DNA from: Obrimoposthia wandeli
Taxonomy: Eukaryota
Length of the DNA stretch: 64,000 nt
Reading direction: 5' to 3'
NCBI GenBank assembly: GCA_977020255.1
Contig: CDROCS010005195.1
Coordinates: 62,001 to 126,000 of the forward strand
Both the position numbers and the translations under genes were made by a program. Under the pieces are notes generated by a model. The model ran no database searches. It had not been told where the DNA came from and saw only the letters and a list, made by a program, of their open reading frames with translations. Position 1 is the first letter of the stretch. Each line of letters begins with the position of its first letter. Below, one piece after another: positions 54,361 to 64,000 of the stretch.

Positions 54361-54795
54361 ATGGCACCAATTCGCAAAGGAAAGAAGGCTCCACCTCAAG
54401 GTTGGGAAATGATTGAGTCGACGATTGAGGAGTTCAAGAGGGAAATGAGTAATGCCGTGGCAGATCCCCACGAAGGTAAGCGGAAGGTGGAGGCGATGTG
54501 GCCAGTTTTGCGAATCCATCATAAGAGGTCGCGGTTCATATTTGACATGTTCCACAAACGCCAGTCGATCAGCAAGCAGCTGTACGAGTACTGTTTGCAG
54601 GAGAAGATCGCGGACAAGATGCTGTTGGCCAAGTGGAAGAAACAAGGCTACGAGGGTCTGTGCTGCCTGGCCTGCATCCAGCAGTCAAACACGGCCTTCA
54701 AGACCAACTGTATCTGTAGAGTCCCCAAATCCAAACTGGAAGAGGGCAAGATTGTAGAATGTCAAACTTGCGGATGTCGCGGATGTTCTGGCTAA
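54361..54795 (+). CDS. BUD31: BUD31/G10 splicing factor, intronless, 144 aa
   Basis: [62 protein letters not shown]. Confidence 0.98.
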   Translation: MAPIRKGKKAPPQGWEMIESTIEEFKREMSNAVADPHEGKRKVEAMWPVLRIHHKRSRFIFDMFHKRQSISKQLYEYCLQEKIADKMLLAKWKKQGYEGLCCLACIQQSNTAFKTNCICRVPKSKLEEGKIVECQTCGCRGCSG

Positions 54796-55239
54796 CTTCG
54801 TACCTGCCTTTTTGATACTGAATTACTGGCTGTAATACATAAACTCAATTGCTGTATATATATTTTTCATTGTATTTGCCATCTTTTTGTTTTAGCGTGT
54901 TAAAGTAATATTTACCACATATTTGTCAAAATGGATATAAGCTTCTTAAAACCTCCTTTCCAGATCAACATGTTCTAGCATTAAATTCTTTAATTAGTTT
55001 TATTTATTAAAAATTTTGTAAATACTTTTTTTTTCTTGTTGTATCACCACTTCCATTTTAATAAATCTCGGAGTTTGTTGAAAGTTTGTAGCGCAATGTG
55101 AAAATCCTGTGATTAAGTTTGAAAGATGTGACATTTTACTTTTCATAAAATTATAACATTTTAGTAATTCATGAATTTATATTCTTACACAATTTATGTT
55201 CTACTCCACCTTTGTGAGATTTATTATAACTATCTAAAT

Positions 55240-58200
55240 ACGAGATAGAAAACGATAGTCAAAAAGAACCGGTCGGTGGTCATATACTTCATGGCACACC
55301 AAAAAGACTCAAACAGGAATACCATGATGTGATAATGGTATTACGCAATTCACACGGGAAAAAAGATATAATGAGAGTTCATTTGATCGACGCTGAGACA
55401 AAAAAGGTAATATGTCAGATGGTCACAAAATACTTTGATGGAAAGACCATTGTATGTAATATACCGGTAACTCACTAATTAAAAACATATCAAACAGAAG
55501 TATCTGTAAAGTTGAGCGTAATAGAAGGATTTCATTCGCCAACCCAACCGGAAGTAACAAACAATAAAATCGTTAAAGCAACGGCAGAGTTACGCATTAA
55601 CAGCAGATACCGAAAGTGGGAAGCTAAAAATAAACCACAAAGAATCAATATGATCAGAGAACAAGCGACAAACTCAATCCAGCCAAAATATCATGTTGAA
55701 ATAGTAATATCTGCGCCAAGTGTGATTACATCGATAAACGACGAAATTATAATTTTACTAAAAAATCGATGGCCATCATCGACCGAGATACGAGTCAATT
55801 TAGTGAATTATGCGAAAACACCGATATCTAAGCTGAATGTCACCTATTTCGATGGATTGTCCATCATGGGTAAATTGGAAACAATCGTCATGTGCTAAGG
55901 AGCACAGTTCCAAGTTGAGATACTTAAGGATAGTGTAATACCGTATCCGATTCACAGAGACTCAGGACCAGTCAATCCAATTATTCTAACCCCTTCATTA
56001 ATTTCAGTTCAAACAAACATACCAGAACACCCTTCGAGCGAGTCTACTCAAGACAGTGAACCTGAAAGCAGCGATCCAGAGTCAACAGAATCCAAAGATA
56101 ACATAATAGAGCGATTCGGAAGAACCATGGAGGTTGAATTTGCTAAAGATAGCAGAAAAATACGAAACATGGACTTCGTGAAACAGAATATACAAGAAAG
56201 GCGAATTAAATCCGCAGAAAAGACCGAGTCGGAAGAGGAACTAACAAAGGAACAGACATCAGAGACAAAGATGAATATCTCTCCAGCAATACGAATGCTG
56301 AGAGGAAAGAAACTGGCGAAATTATTCATCATATATGAACAAATAGAGAAGCGATTAGAAAGACTAAAACTTGAGGAGTCAGAATTGATGCCACCAATGA
56401 GTGAGATAATTCCAGATATGTTATACCTCGGAAATGTGGAAGACGCAACAGACGAAAAGAAACTGTTGGAAAAAGATATAACATATGTGATCAATGTTAA
56501 AATGAATCACGAATTGCGATACCAGACAATCAGAGCTATGACATTAAGAGTGAAAGACTCAATGGAGGCTAATCTTCTCGAATGGTTCGGAGAAACAAAC
56601 GATATAATTTACACAGAACTCCAAAACCAAGGAAAAGTATTGGTACATTCAGAAAGGAATCTCTAGTTCAGCAACCTTGGTATTAGCATATCTAATAAAG
56701 AGTAGACGAATGCAGGTACTAGAAGCGCTGAAATATCTACAAGAAAGACGAAGTATCGCGAACCCAAACCTTAATTTTTTGAGACAATTGTCAAATTACC
56801 AACTCCTGTTGCAAGAACTGAGACGGATGGATGACATTCCCGAAGATCCAAAGGAAAAGAATTTCCTCCAATCACTATCGTTGACCAGATTATTCTTAGC
56901 AGGAGTCGACAAAATCACCCAGATAATGCCGAAAGTATTTATATGTCACCCAGGAGATATAGATACTGCTGGATTAAAGTTCCACAGTATCAACCGAGTA
57001 ATTAACATTGTTGAAGTTGAAAACGAGATAATCAGTATATGTCAAAATACTGAAGATGACACTACACGATATATACATGCTTCAAATCGGGAGGTAAACG
57101 ATGCACAACAATACCTGAGGAAGTTGACTCAAACAATCCAAGCCGAAGTCACAGAAGGAAACGGCGTTCTGATATATCAGAAGAAAGGTACAATGTTAGC
57201 GCCTACCATAGGTGTATCCTTGTTGGTAGAATACCATGATCATACACCAGAGGAAGCGATGGTATACATCAAACAGAATAGACCAGATACGGAATTCAAA
57301 CCGTTACTCGTTCGAGAAATAAAGAAATACTCCGAAAGAAGGAAGCAACAACAAGAAATGAATGAGGTTACAACAACAGTGCCCAGCTATCAGTACCGAA
57401 GATTGCTAGCACTAGGCTTGTTAAGTTGTCTAATGCCAACAACGGGAGCACAAGAGATAGGCTCCAACCACGGAAATAGTTCCTGGTTTAAAGAAATCAA
57501 CAACTACATCATGCAGTACAATACACCGACGCTGATGATTCTATTAGTGTTGATAGGACTGATCGATGTTTGGCTAATCAGAAAATGTTTCCGATCCATA
57601 AGAACCGACAGAGAAAGATTCCAGTTTGTAAAAATGAAGAGACCAAACGGACCAACAAACCAGGTACTTGTTTATCTAGACGAAAGGATCGAGGAGAACA
57701 TAGTGAATGAAGCGATATATTATCCACAAAACAGACTACTGAATCAATTCCGAATGGACTACGAAGCTGACCGACAGCACACACTTGATAGAATATCAGC
57801 AACGTTCGCAGGATGCGGGCGAAGAAAACGAATTGTAAAGGAAATACAAAAAGATGCGGATACAAAAGGTACGACGTATATATTTGACGGCGATGTCATC
57901 AAAACACGTGAGTATGGAAGTAAGAGAGTGATAATCGAAACGAAGGAAGGACATAAAACATGCTTGTCCACCAAAAATGGATTCAGAAAGCTGGTGATAC
58001 AAGGCAAACAGGTACAGTTGATTATAGGAAAAACCGGAATCGAAGAAATGTCAAAGCAACGACAGACAACCAAGACAAAACGGCATAACCAGAAACAGAT
58101 ATATCTCAAACGAATAATAATCAAAACTGTTTGCAAAAGGACAATCAAGGCCCTGTGCACTGTTGCACAAGGATTGATCTACGGAGTAGAATTGGATTGG

Positions 58201-59726
58201 TACTACAAGCCATTCCAACCGGTAAAGCGGAATTGATGACACTAGCTGAATATAATCTATTTTTGAGAAATCTAGACAACACCCTAGAAATAATCAAGAC
58301 GTCTCACAGTAAAGCCGTGATGATCATGTGTGTGAAAGGATGTTCAGAACGAGTATGTATAATACCAGCGACAGAAATGAAAACACTAAATGGATATTAT
58401 GGAGTTAGTGTTGTCACATGTGAAGGATACACATTTGGACAAACTAAAATAGTACTTCTCAGTGACATGTCCAACCAAAGTACACATAAATTTAAAATAT
58501 TAACCATCAAAAGTAAAGGGATACAAGCAATACGTTATGGTATTCTAGAATTGGTTAATCCAATACTGGCATTGATTATCGGAATCATAATATTAATATT
58601 ACTCATCTTGTTTTGTTGTACAAAGATCGAGTTGAAATCAAAAAAGAAACGTCACGATCTCGCAAGATGAACAGGTCAAATGAATTTACAAAAATTAGAC
58701 ACAACTATACCAAGGCCAGCATTCATAAATGAACCAGCACCGGAGTATCAGCCAACGATATATGAACATATCGAGGAAAGACCGTACTTCATGAGTAATT
58801 TGGGTTATCTCAGAGAAGTTCCTGAGATCCGAACCCGAACGATAATAGGAATCATGCTGATCATACAAATCACCACGACCGAGGTTGGTTGCGAGATCAT
58901 GATCAGCAAATGGAGACAAGATACGATACGTGCGTTATACATAGAAATACCTCTACTAAAAACGAATCCCATAGTAGACATTCAACTACAAACATCCGCA
59001 ACCGAAAATGTCAATCAGAAATTGTATGTAATCCGCTAGATTGAAATAAAGATTGACAAACATACACTTTACTACCGACTGATACTATTTTATTATGAAA
59101 AGGTATTATACCTACGAATAACAATATCAAAAAAGAAACGGATTATCCAAATTATCCGAACAAAGTCTGTAATATTGCCCAACGACGAGCGCATCTGGAA
59201 AGTTATTGACAGGATTATGGTCACAGATAAACGACGTAAAACTGTATGGAATTATGTTAATTTATTCTTCAGATTGTTAGAAACTGACCAGGTAACAGTG
59301 GCGTGTCCCAATCCAGATGACGGAATCAAATTCGCAATACAACCCCAAATGTTGGTACCACATTATGATGCAGAATGTCTATGTAACCGAATCTCCAGTA
59401 ATGCTAAAGAGACCTCTACCGTGATCATAGTAATAACAGGTCAAATATTCTATATAACTCTAAGATACCAGACACATCGATTTCGTGGACTAGGTATGAG
59501 CATCAGACCCAATAAATTCAATTCCGGGAAACCAAACACAGTCATAAAGAAGGCAAAGGTGAAAGGAAGACAACTCCATTCCGAGAAGCCAAAAGCAGTC
59601 ATAAAAAAAGACAGAGGTGAAAGGAAAAGAGCTCAAGACCAGAAACCAAAGCACAGTTATCGAGAGGACAAGAGCGAAGGGAACGATTCCACTGGATCTC
59701 AAATCTCGAATAATAATACCCTTTAG
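55240..59726 (+). pseudogene. Decayed multidomain polyprotein cassette: Ig/IPT-like region, two tandem DUSP-like domains, signal/TM segments (probably retroelement cargo)
   Basis: 55240-56666 is one frame with two TAA stops. DUSP1 SEIIPDMLYLGN...ITYVINV...GKVLVHS[fs]GISSSATLVLAYLIK...A...LQERRSIANPNLNFLRQL. DUSP2 ITQIMPKVFI...RVINI...NGVLIY..KG...APTIGVSLL...EEAMVYIKQNRP. TM-like LMILLVLIGLIDVWLI and LALIIGIIILILLILFCC. Later ORFs are linked by stops or frameshifts. Confidence 0.72.
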
Positions 59727-60065
59727 ACAAAAAACAAAATATCCGAATCCGTGATTTATTAGAAAATCAGACATAATACACGGAAACCGAACAGCACCAC
59801 TTGAAACGCCATCCAAACCGACAAACATCAAAATAAAGTACTATTACCAATCCTCAGACAGCGGGATAACTACAGTCAATGCTTTAATTGTAATGGCCGT
59901 AGTTTCAACTGCAGTAGTTCTATTTACAGTCGTGTGCATGAAAGGCAGTCAGATATTCCCAAGAATACGACGAAGATGCAAAGAGCTACGATGCTGTAAT
60001 ACACCCATGATGGAAGAAGTGGAATTGCGACCCTTACCTCCGCCTCCCATTAAGACATGACAAGT

Positions 60066-60800
60066 CAGAGGAGGTTGTAGATAAATTAGTGTGTAAATAT
60101 ATGTAGAGATATGTAGAAGCGAATGTACAAACAAGTGTCGAATTATGTAAAATTCATGTAGAAATTAATTGTCATCGTGTATTTAAGTAGGTGGATGTGT
60201 CCGGTCTAATCAACACCCCCCTCCCCCCTACTGTCCTTTAAAACCGTGCATGTGTGTGGAGTGAAATTTCGTGTAGGTGTGTAGAAAAATTTTCTACCCC
60301 CCTCCCAAACACTAAAAAAAAAAAAAACTCCATATAACACCCTATAAATTTAAAAATCTCATAATGCTCCCAAAATTTTGATTAAGGTCCTGAGAGGCCA
60401 AAAAATTTGGGCCCGCGGTGGATCAACGAGTAATAAATACAGGCTCGCGAAAATTTATACGCGAGAATATATTTTTCGCGCCCTGCGGGCGCGAAAAAAT
60501 TTTCCTTATAAAAATTTATATCCATACATACATACAAGGTCATAAAAAAAAATTTCTTTATAAGAATTTATAGGGTCGCAAAAATTTTTAAATAATCAAC
60601 TACATAAATTCGAAATAATTTTCATTTTTATTTGATGAGTCATCAAATTAGTCATCATGACCTTAAATGATCTTGACCTCATGATGACCTAGACAACTTT
60701 GTACCCTTGACCTCATGATGACCTTGCCCTCATGATGATGACCTCATAAGGTCATGACCTTAACTTGACCTGAAATGAGTTCATGATTTTTTTATACCAT
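60066..60800 (+). repeat. Element terminus copy B (PPT-like AGAGGAGG then TGTAG; conserved blocks; GC hairpins; TGACCT cluster)
   Basis: Purine tract before TGTAG at ~60076; blocks 60186-60211 and 60231-60266; hairpins 60444-60465 and 60472-60498; eight TGACCT plus one AGGTCA in 60658-60771. Confidence 0.7.
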
Positions 60801-60969
60801 CCAAACATGTACAGTCAAAAAATATTACTATTTTAAATCCAAAGACATACATGTATTCAAACATCAACAAAATTTAAGAAAATACCATAAATTCTTTGAA
60901 TAATACGTTTTCATTGGACGTTAAACTTATACAACAAAATCTTAAGAAAATCTTAAGAAAATAGTTTTA

Positions 60970-61222
60970 TTTTCGAATAAAATATGTTTTATCCAATGAC
61001 ATTCCAGCATTCAAACATAGTTAAAAAATTGAGAAAAGCCTACTGATTTTCAAATAAATTATTTGAATAACCCGCTATTGGACGACAAAAGTTTAGTGAT
61101 ATATTTTCGAATAAAATATGTTTTATCCAATGACATTCCACATTCAAACATAGTTAAAAAAATTGAGAAAAGCCTACTGATTTTCAAATAAATTATTTGA
61201 ATAACCCACTCTCATTGGACGA
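60970..61222. repeat. Direct duplication of ~118 bp
   Basis: TATTTTCGAATAAAATATGTTTTATCCAATGACATTCCA...TGAATAACCC...ATTGGACGA at ~60970 and ~61103. Confidence 0.92.
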
Positions 61223-61312
61223 TAAAAGAGGGTTAGTCTATTATTTTTGTATATAAGGAAACCTCTTTTCATTATTTTTCATAAATCAAATATCATCAAT
61301 CAAGAAGCAAGA

Positions 61313-63392
61313 ATGTCAAATTTCAATAACGTCGATTTGGATGAAGAGATGGAGGTTCAGCTGTATGGAGATCTCTCTCCAGTACAGCAGCGAACGCCAC
61401 CACCGGCGCAGTACATTGACTTACTTAGTCAAGACTCGTCAGTGGTGAGTGAAGGAGACGAAGGAGAAGCAGCAGCAAGAGCCCAACTGTTGCTAGAAGA
61501 AGAACCGCCATTGGCCAGCTCAACTCCAAGAGAACAACCAATGAGCGTGCGAGGTGGGGTACAGAGATCCCAATATATCGATCTGACTAGTCAGGATTCG
61601 ATAGAGAATTGGGAAGACTGTACTCCCAGGCTGAACATAGAAGCCAATCGTCCGGCAACTTCAGCAGTAGCAGCAAGGAGATCCAATCTCTTCGACAATT
61701 TTGAGGCGGCAATCAAATGCCCCTGGAAATTGATCCCGCTGTCTCAACCGGAGATAATACTGGCACCAGACTCAGACGAGGAGCTGTTTACTGATGACGT
61801 TCCGTCGGATGGGGAGGAGGAGTGGATACAGCCAAGTATCGGAGCCCCGGGAGCCAACGAGTCCATGGTTGCAGAAATGGATGAAGATGAGTGGCATCTG
61901 TTCACTGACGAATGGGATGGTCTCACTCCCTCTACAACTCCGACCCCGATACCCAACAATACAGTGCCTGATCCATTCAGAAGGCCACAATCTCCAATAC
62001 GTCCTGTTAGGAGAATAAAGGCGACGAATGAGGTTAGAAATCATTTATTTAAAATGTTTTTTAATTTTATTTTCAGAAACTGCAACTTGATTTGGCACCG
62101 TCAGTGACCACGATTGAGAGGCAAATTGAACCGCAATACTTGGCGAGTCAATGTAGCCAGGATGATCCCAGGAGTGATTAGAGATACCTACCAACTCCGG
62201 CTAAAATTGAGGTATATTATTATAAATTAGTAAATTTATTTAATTATTCACTTAGGAAGCTGAGTTGGTGGAGGAAATTTGGGAGGAGGCATCTCGGAGA
62301 CTACCTGTCGATAGGAAGCAAGCGGCAGTTAAGAAACCTCGACGTCATCGAATCAAAACCAATACGGTCCATCGGAAGAAGGCCAAGTTGGTGAAACAGG
62401 CTAATCTGCCCGTCATCGAGGTAAATTATTTATATGTTTAAATTTTATTAATGTTTTTTGTTGTTGCAGGAACCAATAATATTAACTGAGGAGACATGGG
62501 CCAAAATTTCTCCTTTCCCGCAGAAGCGAACGAGGCAGGCTACTGTACAGAAGACACGGCGTCTTAGAAAGGCAAAATCCTGTCTGCTCAATTCGAGTGA
62601 AGTAACGATTGAGCGGCAGGAAAATCTTCCGTATAAGATTATTGAGGTAATTTTTTGTTATTTTAAATATATTTTTAATTAAATAAATTTTATTTTTGTT
62701 TTCATTTGCAGGAACCTGTCCGGATAATTGAGGAGACTTGGGGAGAAGTTACTCCTTTCCCTAAGAAAAGGACAAAGCGGGCAGAGGTGAAGAAGACGAG
62801 GCGCTCGAGAAAAATTCGGACCTCAATTGGCCATTATTCTGAAGCGGTGATTGGCCAGCAGGAGATTATCCCTCCTCCAATGGACAACGAGCCTATCCTA
62901 TATGAGAGGATCCCAGTCTCACCAATCGAGATAAGTCCGCACTCGAGTCAACAACGCCTGCAGGAGACTGCTTCTCCTCGTCCAACAACCAGCCAAAACT
63001 TGAAGAGGGCCTGGGATGACGCTGGTTTGGACGAATTCCTGGCGGAACTGGATACACCGGCAATGCTTCCAGATTCGCGTGGGCAACATGATGCCGTCTC
63101 ACGCCAGCTTCAGCGCGAGAAGGAGGAGAAACAGAAGAAAGCTCCGCGGAAGAGGAAAGCTACTGCTTCTATGTCGGGGCCATCAACATCGGCTGCACCT
63201 CCTCCCAAATAGTTGCGGCAACTATTGCCAAACCCGAGGGAAGGACAATTGCTGTACAGCAACCGGTGAAGCCGACCAAAGAAGAAGGAACCAGTACCAC
63301 TTTCTCCTATCAAAATAAGTCGGAGGGAATACGACCCGGATGATCCCAATGATGACTTAGCAAAAATGTTCAAAAATATAATTTATAAACAT
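61313..63392 (+). pseudogene. Spliced gene for a low-complexity acidic/basic protein with three homologous exons; disabled
   Basis: Exons 61313-62032, 62077-62211 (contains in-frame TAG), 62256-62420, 62470-62646, 62712-~63392 (frameshifts after 63209). Phase-0 GT-AG introns of 44, 44, 49 and 65 nt. Confidence 0.7.
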
Positions 63393-63427
63393 TAGTTTCT
63401 TGTGTTGTCTTTTTATTATTATTTATT

Positions 63428-63560
63428 TTAGAATTTAGTAATATTAAAATATATTACTTAAGTTTATTAAAATTACAAGATTAAAAATAAAGTTTAGAAT
63501 TTATTAATATTAAAATATCCTCCTTAAGTTTATTAAAATAACAAGATTAAAAATAAAGTT
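63428..63560. repeat. Tandem duplication of ~66 bp
   Basis: TTTAGAATTTA.TAATATTAAAATAT...TTAAGTTTATTAAAAT.ACAAGATTAAAAATAAAGT occurs twice. Confidence 0.85.
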
Positions 63561-63754
63561 AACTTATTCGAATGTGATTGGATTGTTAAGGAATAATTAA
63601 ATTTTTTTAGGATTAAATATAAATGCAATGATTAGTTATATATTTATTAAACTTTCATTTGATAAATATATTTTAATTGCTTGTGATTGGATTAAAAATA
63701 TCTTAAATTTACATATATAGGTTCAAATTTATTAACATCTTCATAATTAAAAAA

Positions 63755-64000
63755 ATGGAATTTATTAAATTGCAAAGTTTGGTGACGAAGATCGAGGCAA
63801 ATATAAGAATAAATGAGAAGAAAGGAGACTTACGAAAGAGGATCCTCAACCAGAATTTATATACTGCTGTCGCGACCGAGTGGAATCGTCGGGTGGAGAT
63901 TCAGGACAGGCGGCTAGCAGAACGACGTCGGGTTGTGGAGTGGAACAAGAAAATCGAAATGGAAAAAAAGAAGGTGGAGGAAAAAAGAAGAGAAGAGACG
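63755..64000 (+). CDS. 5' part of an unknown charged/coiled-coil protein, runs off the window
   Basis: ATG at 63755, 82 open codons to the window end (MEFIKLQSLVTKIEAN...EKKKVEEKRREET). Confidence 0.5.
   Translation, partial: MEFIKLQSLVTKIEANIRINEKKGDLRKRILNQNLYTAVATEWNRRVEIQDRRLAERRRVVEWNKKIEMEKKKVEEKRREET

Noticed and set aside
60385-60420. CTGAGAGGCC...GGCC as a ribozyme in the second terminus
   Set aside because: Does not fit CUGANGA and lacks GAAA.

Overview
AT-rich eukaryotic (metazoan-like) genomic DNA, dense in decayed transposons, with minimal introns of 37-44 nt. The species cannot be determined from sequence alone. I reconstructed three host genes by hand: a 12-exon FTCD homologue (minus, 42736-13979) whose residues at both reported catalytic positions are substituted, PA2G4/EBP1 (minus, 6 exons) and an intronless BUD31 (plus). 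The most unusual region is 1-7500, the 3' part of a Ty3/Gypsy element. After pol it carries an env-like membrane ORF, a coiled-coil ORF and a REX4/ISG20-like DEDDh exonuclease. These are followed by a PPT and a putative LTR (TGTT...AACA) that contains a canonical type I hammerhead ribozyme and a 21-bp hairpin, both on the antisense strand. A second cargo cassette (55.2-60 kb) is a decayed polyprotein with two tandem pseudophosphatase (DUSP-like) domains and TM segments. It ends in a terminus with conserved blocks, GC hairpins and TGACCT repeats, and a related inverted terminus lies at 48.4-48.85 kb. The window also holds Maverick/Polinton remnants, further Gypsy and Bel/Pao remnants, Tc1/pogo/hAT elements and MITEs, a higher-order minisatellite, and a decayed gene with tandemly duplicated exons. 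All family assignments come from motif recognition; no searches were run.
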